DNA of 64,000 bases from a candidate division WOR-3 bacterium. GTDB taxonomy: Bacteria; Hydrothermota; Tepidihabitantia; Tepidihabitantales; Tepidihabitantaceae. How positions within the stretch are numbered: the first letter of the stretch is position 1; every line of letters starts with the position of its first letter. Shown here in pieces: positions 46,555-55,819 of the stretch. The stretch covers positions 100,864 to 164,863 of the forward strand of contig JAOABP010000005.1 in the NCBI GenBank assembly GCA_026418295.1, in the 5' to 3' direction. The notes beneath the pieces are model-generated. The model searched no databases and was not told the DNA's origin. It saw only the letters and a list, made by a program, of their open reading frames with translations. Both the position numbers and the translations under genes were made by a program.

Positions 46555-49500
46555 GCCGAAATTTTCGGACCGGGTGTTAGTTATCGGTGGCGGGATCGGC
46601 GGTGTTCAGGCAGCGCTTGATCTCGCCGATACCGGCAGAAAGGTTTATCTGGTGGAAAGTGCGCCGGCGATTGGTGGCTATATGGCGATGCTGGATAAAA
46701 CTTTTCCCACCAATGACTGTTCGATGTGCATTCTCAGCCCCAAGCTGGTCAGCTGTGCCCGCCATCCGAATGTGGAGCTGATGACATTGAGCCAGCTGGT
46801 GACCATCAGCGGTGAGCCGGGCAGGTTTCGGGTGCGGATTGTCCGCCATGCCCGCTCGGTGGATCTTTCCCGGTGCACCGGCTGTGGTGACTGTCTGGAG
46901 AAGTGTCCGGTCAAGGTGCCGAATGAGTTTGAGGGCGGTCTGGCTCAACGCCGGGCAATCTACCGGCTGTATGCTCAGGCGGTACCCAATGCACCGGTGA
47001 TTGACCGCCGTTTCTGCCTCAAATTCACCAAGGACCGGTGTGGTAACTGTGCACGGGTGTGCAAGGCCGGGGCGATTGATTACAGCCAGCAGGATGAGGA
47101 GATTGAACTGGAAGTCGGTGCGGTGATTAACGCAAGCGGCAGTGTGATTGTTGATCCGCAGCTCCGAAAGGAGTTCGGACACCGGCGCCTCGCCAATGTG
47201 GTTACCGCACTGGAGTTTGAGCGTATCCTTTCCGCCTCCGGTCCTTATTCCGGGCATGTCCTTCGACCTGGTGATGGTAAGGAGCCGAAACGCATTGCCT
47301 GGGTTCAGTGTTTCGGTTCCAGGGATGAGTCAATTGATCACGGTTACTGTTCCTCAGTCTGCTGTATGTATGCGGTCAAGGAGGCGGTGATCGCCCGGGA
47401 GCACAATCCGGCGATCGAACCGACAATTTTCTATATGGACATCCGGGCTTACGGTAAGGAGTTTGACCGCTATATTGAACGGGCACAGAAGCAGTACAGG
47501 GTGAGATTCGTCCAGGCAAGGGTGGCGGAAATTCTTGAGCAGAAGGAGAATGGGGGGCTGATTGTCCGCTACGCTGATAATGGTGGTCAGCGTTCTGAGC
47601 TGTTTGATCTGGTAGTACTGTCCTGCGGGCTCAGTGCCCGGGAATTTACAGGTATGACGGTGAAAGTGGATAGTACCGGATTTCCCGTAACCAGGCTGAC
47701 CGAGCCGGTCAGCAGTTCCAGTGCGGGGGTATTTCTGGCAGGCAGCTGTGCAGTGCCGGTGGCGATCCCCGAGACGGTGATGGCGGCATCAGCAGCAGCA
47801 CTGAAGGCGATGACGCTGACCGTTCCGGCGGCGAAAGCCGTATCTGAAGAGCAGGGTGGTTCTGAACTTGATGTTGCCGGTGCCGCTCCCCGGATCGGTG
47901 TTTTTGTCTGCAACTGCGGGATTAATATCGGCGGAGTAGTGCGGGTGCCGGAGGTGGTGGAGTATGCCCGGACACTGCCCGGAGTGGTGTATGCAGAAGA
48001 GAATCTCTATTCCTGTTCGGCGGATACGCTGACGAAGCTCAAGCAGAGGGTCAGGGACTATAATCTGAACCGGGTGGTGGTGGCATCCTGTTCTCCCCGG
48101 ACGCACGAGCCGCTGTTCCAGCAGACACTGGCTGAAGCAGGACTGAACCCGCATCTGTTTGCGATGGCAAACATCCGGGACCAGTGTTCCTGGGTGCATC
48201 CGGACCGGGATAGGGCAACGGAAAAGGCAAAGGATCTGGTCAAGATGGCGGTCGCCAGGGTACGCCGGCAGCTACCGCTCAAACCGGTGAAACTGCCGGT
48301 TACCAGGGCGGCGCTGGTCGTCGGTGGCGGTATCAGTGGTATGGCGGCAGCGCTGGCGCTTGCTGACACCGGCGTTGATGTTTGTTTGGTGGAGCGGGAG
48401 CCGGTTCTCGGGGGTATGGCAAGAAGGATTTACGAGACAATTGAAGGCGAGGATGTCCAGCGGCTTCTGGCAGAAATGGTGGCGCAGATAAAATCGCATC
48501 CCCGAATCCGGATTTTTACCGAAGCGGAAATCAGGCGCATCAATGGCTTTGTCGGTTCATTTGAAACTACGGTTGCAGTTGCGGGCAGAGAGGAGATAGT
48601 GCGTCACGGGGTTGTGATTGTTGCCACCGGTGCTCAATACCGTCAGCCTGACGAATATCTTTATGGACAGGATCCGAGAATCCACACCCAGCAGGAGCTG
48701 GAGGAGATTGTTGCCCGCCAGCCTGAGGAGCTGAAGCGATTGGATACCGTAGTTATGATTCAGTGTGTCGGTTCGCGGGAGGGGGAGCATAACTACTGTT
48801 CCCGGGTCTGCTGTACTGAGGCAGTCAAGAATGCGCTGGCAATCAAACGCATTAATCCGGATTGCGATATTTACATTCTTTACCGGGATATCCGCACCTA
48901 TGGCACACTGGAGCGATATTACCGTCAGGCACGGGAGGCGGGGGTGATATTTGTCCGCTATGAGGAGACGGATAAACCTCAGGTGAAAGTGTCTGAGGGA
49001 AAACTGCAGGTTGAACTGCTCGAACCCGTACTGAAGATGCTCCTGAGGCTGCAGCCGGATTGGCTGATTCTCTCCAGTGGAGTAACGCCTTATGCCGATG
49101 CCTCAATACTGGGACAGTTGCTGAAGGTGCCGTTGCAGCAGGACGGATTTTTCCTTGAGGCGCATGCCAAGCTCCGGCCCGTGGATTTTGCCACTGAAGG
49201 GGTATTTGTTGCCGGGATGTGCCGTTATCCCAAGTTCATCCCCGAGGCGGTGGCATCGGCACAGGCGGCTGCCGGCAGGGCGGCAACCGTTCTCGCCCGG
49301 GAGTATATTGAGGCTGAACCCTATCAGGCGGTGGTTAATCCGGAGCGCTGCTCTGCCTGCGGGATGTGTGAAAAACTGTGTGCCTATCGGGCAATTGAAG
49401 TGCAGGTGATTGATGAGCGTTCCGGCAGGCGGGCAGCAGTTGTCAATCAGGCGATGTGCAAGGGCTGTGGTGCCTGCGCCGCCAACTGCCGGTCGGCGGC

Positions 49501-49570
49501 AATTGATATCCGGGGTTTTGTTGCCGAAAACATCAGTCGTGAGCTTGCCGCACTTTTTGCCGAAGATTAA
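46547..49570 (+). CDS. Tandem HdrA-like / HdrA-like fusion protein (1007 aa)
   Basis: Module 1: VLVIGGGIGGVQAALDLADTG with ferredoxin clusters. Module 2: VFVCNCGINIGGVVRVPEVVEYARTLPGVV, ALVVGGGISGMAAALALADTG, CSRVCCTE and a C-terminal ferredoxin. Overlaps the upstream gene by 8 nt. Confidence 0.8.
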   Translation: MSEPKFSDRVLVIGGGIGGVQAALDLADTGRKVYLVESAPAIGGYMAMLDKTFPTNDCSMCILSPKLVSCARHPNVELMTLSQLVTISGEPGRFRVRIVRHARSVDLSRCTGCGDCLEKCPVKVPNEFEGGLAQRRAIYRLYAQAVPNAPVIDRRFCLKFTKDRCGNCARVCKAGAIDYSQQDEEIELEVGAVINASGSVIVDPQLRKEFGHRRLANVVTALEFERILSASGPYSGHVLRPGDGKEPKRIAWVQCFGSRDESIDHGYCSSVCCMYAVKEAVIAREHNPAIEPTIFYMDIRAYGKEFDRYIERAQKQYRVRFVQARVAEILEQKENGGLIVRYADNGGQRSELFDLVVLSCGLSAREFTGMTVKVDSTGFPVTRLTEPVSSSSAGVFLAGSCAVPVAIPETVMAASAAALKAMTLTVPAAKAVSEEQGGSELDVAGAAPRIGVFVCNCGINIGGVVRVPEVVEYARTLPGVVYAEENLYSCSADTLTKLKQRVRDYNLNRVVVASCSPRTHEPLFQQTLAEAGLNPHLFAMANIRDQCSWVHPDRDRATEKAKDLVKMAVARVRRQLPLKPVKLPVTRAALVVGGGISGMAAALALADTGVDVCLVEREPVLGGMARRIYETIEGEDVQRLLAEMVAQIKSHPRIRIFTEAEIRRINGFVGSFETTVAVAGREEIVRHGVVIVATGAQYRQPDEYLYGQDPRIHTQQELEEIVARQPEELKRLDTVVMIQCVGSREGEHNYCSRVCCTEAVKNALAIKRINPDCDIYILYRDIRTYGTLERYYRQAREAGVIFVRYEETDKPQVKVSEGKLQVELLEPVLKMLLRLQPDWLILSSGVTPYADASILGQLLKVPLQQDGFFLEAHAKLRPVDFATEGVFVAGMCRYPKFIPEAVASAQAAAGRAATVLAREYIEAEPYQAVVNPERCSACGMCEKLCAYRAIEVQVIDERSGRRAAVVNQAMCKGCGACAANCRSAAIDIRGFVAENISRELAALFAED

Positions 49571-49594
49571 CAGACGACACGGTTCTGGAACAGG

Positions 49595-50029
49595 ATGAAG
49601 CCTGATTCTCATCCTTACCGACTTCTCGACCACACAGCGGATTTAAAAGTGGAAATATACGGGCAGGGGTTGAAGGAACTGTTTTGCAACGCTGCCTTCA
49701 TGGTTTTTGATGTCATGCTGGATTTAAAAGAGGTGCGTGAACAGGGGCAGTATGAAATCTCGCTGCAATCGACAGATCTGCCTGAACTCTTTCTGGACTG
49801 GCTTCGCGAACTGCTTTTTCTCTTTTCAACCCGCAGTTTTGTCACCAGACGGGTCGAAATTTCGGCATTACAGAGCGAACCTGCGCAGCTGAAAGCAGTA
49901 GTCTACGGCGAAAGTTATGATCCGGACCGGCACGGATTGAAAATTGAGATTAAAACCCCCACCTATCATCAGTATCAGATTGAACAGATGCAGGAAGGGT
50001 ATCGGGCAACCGTAATCTTTGATGTATAG
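49595..50029 (+). CDS. Archease
   Basis: LLDHTADLKVEIYG…ELF..AA motif typical of the archease family. 144 aa. Lies 24 nt after the hdr operon on the same strand. Confidence 0.75.
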   Translation: MKPDSHPYRLLDHTADLKVEIYGQGLKELFCNAAFMVFDVMLDLKEVREQGQYEISLQSTDLPELFLDWLRELLFLFSTRSFVTRRVEISALQSEPAQLKAVVYGESYDPDRHGLKIEIKTPTYHQYQIEQMQEGYRATVIFDV

Positions 50030-50032
50030 CTA

Positions 50033-51202
50033 TCAGCCGCCGGGTTTTAAAGGCGAGATTTCCCTTAACCGTTTTACGACCCGTTCCATCACCTCAACCG
50101 CATAATCAATTTCTGCTTCGGTGTTTTCCTCTCCCAGCGAGAAACGGACGACAGAATTTCGATAGATTTCCGGTACACCGATTGCCTTGACGGTCGGGGA
50201 GGGTTCAGGTTCACCGGAAGAACAGGCAGAACCGGAGGCAACGGCAATGCCCTCCAGATCCAGATTCATCAGCAGTGCCTCTCCTTCCACATATGCGACG
50301 CTGAAATGGCTGGTGTTGGGCAATCTTTTCTCCGGATGACCATTAAGTCGCACATCAGAAATCCGTGCCAGAATACCCTTTTCCAGCCGGTCCCGCAGCT
50401 GCCGGATACGGGCGACATTCTGTTGCCATTCTTCTTTAAGAATTTCACAGGCCTTGCCGATACCGATGATGCCGATGACATTTTCGGTACCGGCGCGCAG
50501 GCCCCGCTGATGATGCCCGCCGTGAATCAATGGCACAATCGGAGTTCCAGAACGGATGAAGAGCACGCCGATTCCCTTAGGGGCATGAATTTTATGACCT
50601 GATATGGTCATCAGATCTACCCCCAGATTCTGGACATCAATTTCGATCTTGCCGGCGGCAGAGACCGCATCGGTATGTACCAATACTTCATGTTCATGAC
50701 ATATTCGGACAATTTCCCTTACCGGTTCAATTGTGCCGATCTCGTTATTGGCAAGCATTACACTGACAAGCACGGTCTGAGGAGTGATTGCCTTACGCAC
50801 CGCTTCCGGGTCGACGATACCATAAGCGTCTACCGGCAGGTAGGAGATCTGCCAGCCCATTTCAGCAAGATAGTTGGCACTGCCCAGCACTGAAGCATGT
50901 TCAATCGGGCTGGTGATGATGTGTCGTCCCTTTTTCAGCATCAGCGCGGCAGCGACACCCTTGATTGCCCAGTTGTTGGCTTCAGTACCGCCGCTGGTAA
51001 AGAAGATTTCTGCCGGCTTGGCGTTAAGAAATGCCGCAACTTGCTCCCGGGCTTTTTCAATCCCTTCAGCGCATTCCCGGCCGAATGAGTGCAGGTTCGA
51101 AGGATTGCCGAAGATATCAGTCAGGTAAGGTGCAATTGCTTCCTTAACCCGCGGATCAATCGGGGTTGTTGAGTTGTTGTCCAGATAGACACGCATTTTC
51201 AT
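50033..51202 (-). CDS. Cysteine desulfurase (NifS/IscS family, PLP-dependent)
   Basis: Class-V aminotransferase fold, PLP lysine in SGHKIHAPKG, and active-site Cys in SGSACSSG. 389 aa. Confidence 0.9.
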   Translation of the reverse strand: MKMRVYLDNNSTTPIDPRVKEAIAPYLTDIFGNPSNLHSFGRECAEGIEKAREQVAAFLNAKPAEIFFTSGGTEANNWAIKGVAAALMLKKGRHIITSPIEHASVLGSANYLAEMGWQISYLPVDAYGIVDPEAVRKAITPQTVLVSVMLANNEIGTIEPVREIVRICHEHEVLVHTDAVSAAGKIEIDVQNLGVDLMTISGHKIHAPKGIGVLFIRSGTPIVPLIHGGHHQRGLRAGTENVIGIIGIGKACEILKEEWQQNVARIRQLRDRLEKGILARISDVRLNGHPEKRLPNTSHFSVAYVEGEALLMNLDLEGIAVASGSACSSGEPEPSPTVKAIGVPEIYRNSVVRFSLGEENTEAEIDYAVEVMERVVKRLREISPLKPGG

Positions 51203-51725
51203 TTTTTTGCTCCTTCTTTTTTCTCGATTTTAATCCTCCGATGAATTCATAAAGTAATATCAGAATTACACCGATTACTACAAAAGTATCCGCCAGATTG
51301 AATGTAAACCAGCGGAATCCGAGTGAACGAATTTCAAAGTCAATGAAATCGATAACATGACCCAGCCGTACCCGGTCCACGAGATTGCCCAGCGCACCGC
51401 CCAAGATAATACCATAGGCACACCCGAGATAGGTGCTATGGGTCTTTAATGCCAGGATCAGTACCAATATAATCCCGGTAAGCTGCAACAGGTAGTGGAG
51501 CCAGACTGCGCCGAATGATATCCCGAATACCCCGAAGGGGTTGGTATTATAGGAAATTTTAAGCAGATCACCTATTATCGGGATTGAAACGGGTGCTGCC
51601 GGTCTGTTGAAAATACCATAGACAAGATTTTTGGTTAGCTGGTCAGCAAACAAAGCCAGAATGCTGGTCCAGACAAAAGAACGGCCCAGCACCGGGGCGC
51701 TGCGGACGGGTTCTGAATTGGACAT
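51156..51725 (-). CDS. lspA: Lipoprotein signal peptidase (signal peptidase II)
   Basis: Four TM segments with conserved N and D (NTNPFGVFG, FNLADT). 189 aa. Confidence 0.85.
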   Translation of the reverse strand: MSNSEPVRSAPVLGRSFVWTSILALFADQLTKNLVYGIFNRPAAPVSIPIIGDLLKISYNTNPFGVFGISFGAVWLHYLLQLTGIILVLILALKTHSTYLGCAYGIILGGALGNLVDRVRLGHVIDFIDFEIRSLGFRWFTFNLADTFVVIGVILILLYEFIGGLKSRKKKEQKNENACLSGQQLNNPD

Positions 51726-52675
51726 CAGGATGTCTTTTCTGCTGCAGCAATAAGCTGGTCGATCTGATCAGGGGGGTAAACTCGGATATGATAATGCTGG
51801 GCAAACTGTTGTGCTTCGGGGCTTAATGCGGTTCCTGCGATCAGAATAATATCCTGCGCCCCGATATCATATGCCTTGGCATAAAGCTTTATTACTTCCT
51901 CGGCCGGTATTTCGGTTGCTCCTCCGGCAAATCCGATAACGACCTGATGTTCCAGCGGACCGGATCGTTTGACCGCGAGAATGTCAATCAAATGTCTTGC
52001 TCCAGACCGGCCCGATACGGTAACCGCTTCCTGGACCTCATATCCTTCCTGGGTTAGCAGGTTCTTTACCCGGCTCCGGGGTATCCTTTCTTCCTGAATC
52101 TTTTTCATTTGTTCAGGGTTAACACAATATTTATAGAGCACAAGTTCGCGTACGCCGTTTTTTTCATACAGCTGACCGCAGCCACTGCAGTGCCAGCGTT
52201 CCACCGGCAATCGGATTAATTCACGGCAGTGAGGGCAGCGGTACCGGTAACCCAGATCTTCATAATCACTGCCCAGCAGCAGCAATTCATCACGGCATTT
52301 CGGACAGACCCTCCGGTTATAGCGAAGAAAATCATCGGCCGGTCCGGAATAACCGCAAGTTCGATGTTTTAATACTCGGGTGCGAAGAATTTCCGGAGAG
52401 TGGCATTTGGGGCAGAAAAAAACAAGTTTCAGCCGATCGGCATTACATCGCGGACAAAGAAATATTCTTTCAGCAAACTGCCGTTCCAGATATCCGAGCC
52501 GGGAGAGATCCTCAAGAAGCTGGACTGCAACCTGAGCGTCGATTTTCAGGTACGATTCTACGAGTGGATAGCTGATGCCTTCCGGGGTATGAGGGGCAAA
52601 GACCGGTTCAAGCGATCGGTCTGGTTTTTCTGTCAGCAGTTCAAAAAGCTTCAGCAGGTTGCTGTCTGTTTCCAT
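51725..52675 (-). CDS. Hypothetical protein: N-terminal winged-helix-like segment, multiple CxxC zinc ribbons, and a C-terminal restriction-endonuclease-like (PD-(D/E)xK-like?) domain
   Basis: Six CxxC pairs (CPRC, CPKC, CPKC, CPHC, CSGC and others). C-terminus SGARHLIDILAVKRSG…VVIGFAGG resembles Mrr/NucS-like nuclease cores. 1-nt overlap with lspA. Confidence 0.45.
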   Translation of the reverse strand: METDSNLLKLFELLTEKPDRSLEPVFAPHTPEGISYPLVESYLKIDAQVAVQLLEDLSRLGYLERQFAERIFLCPRCNADRLKLVFFCPKCHSPEILRTRVLKHRTCGYSGPADDFLRYNRRVCPKCRDELLLLGSDYEDLGYRYRCPHCRELIRLPVERWHCSGCGQLYEKNGVRELVLYKYCVNPEQMKKIQEERIPRSRVKNLLTQEGYEVQEAVTVSGRSGARHLIDILAVKRSGPLEHQVVIGFAGGATEIPAEEVIKLYAKAYDIGAQDIILIAGTALSPEAQQFAQHYHIRVYPPDQIDQLIAAAEKTS

Positions 52676-52751
52676 TCCGGAACTCCTTATGTGTTATTAT
52701 AAACTTAATTTCACTTCAGTCAAATAAGTTTGCTCAATTGACAATTGAGAT

Positions 52752-54788
52752 TTGATGTTTAACTTTAAAACTGTGCAGGGTTTTATTGTACTCATCGTAA
52801 CTCTGTTTGCTGTCATTAGTGGAAGAGTTTTTCCGGGCTATCAGTTAAAATTTGCTACTGTGGGAGATGAGGACATTTCCGGTAATAATCAGGCAGGAGA
52901 GACTGGAAGGGATTTGCCCCGCTGCTTAGCACTTCAGGTTTTAGACCGGGGAAAGCCCGTTGCCAATATTCAGGTGCATTTTTCCATTTTGAGCGAACCG
53001 GTAGAAAACAGTTACCCGGGTAATTTCCGCGCCCGGCTTTCAGACACCGTCGTTTATACCGATCAGTTGGGTATTGCCCGTACGAGGCTGAGACTGGGAA
53101 GTAATACTGGTGAATATCTGATTAAAGGGGAAACGGCGGGCAGGGAACTGGTGTTTGTGATCCGGGGGTTAAAACATCGCTGGTATCTCGGGACAGTTCT
53201 GGAAATTATCGGCGGGATGGCGATTTTTCTTTTCGGCTTGTATTACGGTGCCAAAGGGTTAAGGCGACTGGCAGGTGATAGACTGCGGCAGGTCCTTTTT
53301 GCGTTGATTCCCAACCGGCTGCTCGGGGTCTTGGTGGGAATTATTGTTACCACGATTTTCCAGTCCTCCAGCGCCACGATCGGGCTTTTAATTTCGCTTG
53401 CCTCTTCCGGACTCATTACGGCGGGACAATCACTGGGGGTCATTCTGGGGGCTGATATCGGCACGACAATTACAATCCAGCTGCTTTCATTCCGGATATA
53501 CGAATATGCCCTTTTTGCCGTTGCAGCCGGATTGCTGCTGATGAATTCGAGCTGGCGGATGAAAGATATCGGCCAGGTAATTTTCGGATTCGGGCTGGTA
53601 TTTTTTTCCATGAAGATAGTTCTGAGTGCCGTGGAACCGGTAAAGTACCTGCCACAGTTTCAGGCGTTTTTCCGTGCGGGCACCATGCATCCGTTCTACT
53701 CGTTCGTGCTGGCGCTGGTTTTTACCGCTCTGGTGCGTTCTTCGGCAGCGACGATCGGAATGACGGTTGGGCTGTCCTTTTCGGGAATAATCGGACTGGA
53801 AAGTGCGATTCCTTTTCTTCTGGGGGCAAATGTTGGCAGTGGTGTAACAGCACTGATTACGGCATGGAACGCCAAGTCCGAAGGCAGGCGGGTGGCGCTC
53901 GCCCAACTCCTGTTTAAATTGGTTACTACCCTGATGGTTATTCCCGTAATCCCGCCGGCCATAGTTCTTTTCTCCCGAACATCCCCCATCGTTGCCCGGC
54001 AGATTGCCAATGCCCATACACTGATTAATATAGCGGCAACAGTGATTTTTCTTCCGTTACTTGGCGTCATCGAGAAACTGCTGCGGGTGATTATTCCGGA
54101 GCAGGCGGATGATGAAGCGGGTCCAAGGTACCTTGATACTGCAGCACTTGAGAGTCCGGAACTGGCGCTGGCACAGGGAACCCGGGAAATACTGAGAATG
54201 GGAGAGATGGTGCAGAATATGCTGGAGAAGTCACTGCTCTTTTTCTTGGAAAATGATAAAGAAGGCTGTCGCTGGTTGGCATCAGAAGATGACCGGATCG
54301 ACCGGTTGGAAGAAGAGCTGATGGTTTTTTTGTCAAAGATCCCTCCGGAATCGCAGAATCCGGAGACATCGAAACGTACGCGGACACTGTTTTACATAAC
54401 TGAGGAACTGGAACATATCGCAGACATTGTTTCCAAAAATATGGTAGTATACATCAGAAAAAGGATAAACCACAACTTGGCTTTTTCTGCTGCTGGCCTG
54501 GAGGAGATCAAGGTTTTTCACCAGCAAGTGCTGAAAAATCTGGCAATGGCGCTTGGCTGCATCGCCACCTGGGATGGAAAGATGGCACAGCAGTTAGTAG
54601 AAAAAAGGGTATGGGGGATTGAGAGAAAGCGGGAATTGCAAAACCGTCATCTTGAAAGGCTTGCACTCGGTTTAAAGGAAACTCTGGATACTTCCTCAAT
54701 TCACCTGGATTTGATTTCGGACCTCGAAAGAATCAATTTCCATTGTACTCAGATAGGTGCTGCGATAGCAAGCGTCACAGGGGGCTGA
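52752..54788 (+). CDS. Na/Pi-cotransporter II-related protein (NptA/YjbB family) with a C-terminal PhoU-like domain and an N-terminal extra-cytoplasmic domain
   Basis: Duplicated Na_Pi_cotrans motifs (QSSSATIGLLISLA, VRSSAATIGMTVGL). C-terminal PhoU-like helical repeats. N-terminal roughly 130-aa domain following a signal/anchor. Confidence 0.8.
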   Translation: MMFNFKTVQGFIVLIVTLFAVISGRVFPGYQLKFATVGDEDISGNNQAGETGRDLPRCLALQVLDRGKPVANIQVHFSILSEPVENSYPGNFRARLSDTVVYTDQLGIARTRLRLGSNTGEYLIKGETAGRELVFVIRGLKHRWYLGTVLEIIGGMAIFLFGLYYGAKGLRRLAGDRLRQVLFALIPNRLLGVLVGIIVTTIFQSSSATIGLLISLASSGLITAGQSLGVILGADIGTTITIQLLSFRIYEYALFAVAAGLLLMNSSWRMKDIGQVIFGFGLVFFSMKIVLSAVEPVKYLPQFQAFFRAGTMHPFYSFVLALVFTALVRSSAATIGMTVGLSFSGIIGLESAIPFLLGANVGSGVTALITAWNAKSEGRRVALAQLLFKLVTTLMVIPVIPPAIVLFSRTSPIVARQIANAHTLINIAATVIFLPLLGVIEKLLRVIIPEQADDEAGPRYLDTAALESPELALAQGTREILRMGEMVQNMLEKSLLFFLENDKEGCRWLASEDDRIDRLEEELMVFLSKIPPESQNPETSKRTRTLFYITEELEHIADIVSKNMVVYIRKRINHNLAFSAAGLEEIKVFHQQVLKNLAMALGCIATWDGKMAQQLVEKRVWGIERKRELQNRHLERLALGLKETLDTSSIHLDLISDLERINFHCTQIGAAIASVTGG

Positions 54789-54797
54789 AACAAAAAA

Positions 54798-54819
54798 GAG
54801 CCCCGAAAAGTCGGGGCTC
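54798..54819. terminator. Perfect GC-rich hairpin (GAGCCCCGA-AAAG-TCGGGGCTC) immediately after the transporter stop; a U-run is on the minus-strand side only
   Basis: 9-bp stem with a 4-nt loop, 10 nt downstream of the stop at 54788. It is preceded (plus strand) by AAACAAAAAAG, which reads as CTTTTTTGTTT on the minus strand. Confidence 0.45.
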
Positions 54820-55119
54820 AGGTGCAGAGCTGCGACGCATCTCACCCCTTTCGCCGCTCCCTCAATTTTACTTATTAAATAAGCAAAAATTATACCAAAA
54901 TAATGTCGCATTGAGCATATTGCATAATTATTTTAAAATTAATAACTTAGCATATGTAGTCCATAACATCGTCAGCTGTTAGTAATTTTTGCTGCTTATA
55001 AAATCAGCAGCACTGCAGTATTTTTCTGCGGTCTTTTAATTATTGAGTTTATATTGCTAAATGGGTTTATCTTGACTGATTGGAATTTTTGTTGTATTAT
55101 ACTTAAAAAAGGAGTGGCG

Positions 55120-55767
55120 ATGAAAGTATATGCCAAGGTGTTTTGGGGTCTGTTAGTGATCTGGTTTTCGGTTCAGGCGCAATCCCAAACCGACACAGTA
55201 CCTGTTCCTTTTGATTCTTTAATGGATTATCGGGTCAGCGTTGACGGTTATATTGATGCAGAAGACAATGAATATCCCGCAAGTTTCCGCGATCCGGCAA
55301 CAGGGGTTACTGTCTACTGGGGACATGATGATAGTCTCGTTTACGTAGGCATGGAGGCAAAGGGGAAAGGCTGGCTGGCGATCGGATTTGGCTCACCGGT
55401 AATGAACGGGTCCAACATGATCATCGGCCTGTATTCAGACGATTCACTGGCAGTATTTAATCATATCGGGGGAGAAAGAGGTCATCGTGCAGTTAGTGGT
55501 GACATCGGTCTGATTGAAGACTGGGAGATTGACTATGACGATGAAACCAATACTCTGGCTTTGGAATTTGTTTATCCCCTGCGCTGGCAGGGACTGTCTG
55601 GCACCGCAGTCAAGTCTCTTGATCCCGGCAATGTCTATGATTTCATCCTTGCCCGTAATCCCCGTGGTATCTCGCTCAAGGCGAAGCACGCGCAGAAGTC
55701 GCGCGGGTTTTTAAAAATTGAACCGGGACCGATTTCCAAGGATTCTACAACAGTCCCCGAAAGGTAG
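55120..55767 (+). CDS. Secreted DOMON-like domain protein
   Basis: SD AAAAGGAG followed by ATG at 55120; signal peptide MKVYAKVFWGLLVIWFSVQAQS. VYWGHDDSLVYVGMEAKGKGWLAIGFGS…NMIIG resembles DOMON-type ligand-binding domains. Confidence 0.45.
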   Translation: MKVYAKVFWGLLVIWFSVQAQSQTDTVPVPFDSLMDYRVSVDGYIDAEDNEYPASFRDPATGVTVYWGHDDSLVYVGMEAKGKGWLAIGFGSPVMNGSNMIIGLYSDDSLAVFNHIGGERGHRAVSGDIGLIEDWEIDYDDETNTLALEFVYPLRWQGLSGTAVKSLDPGNVYDFILARNPRGISLKAKHAQKSRGFLKIEPGPISKDSTTVPER

Positions 55768-55819
55768 CTGAATTACACTGCTGACGCTTACGATTTGCGT
55801 ATTATTTCGCATTTCAGAG

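Noticed and set aside
46577-47257. 226-aa minus-strand ORF antisense to the HdrA-HdrA fusion gene
   Set aside because: Antisense to a strongly supported gene. Likely spurious.
54798-54819. Interpreting the GC hairpin after the transporter gene as a plus-strand intrinsic terminator
   Set aside because: It is only partly accepted. The stem is perfect, but the U-tract is on the minus-strand side (CTTTTTTGTTT). It may be a bidirectional or minus-oriented terminator, or merely an RNA-stabilising hairpin, so the call is kept at low confidence.
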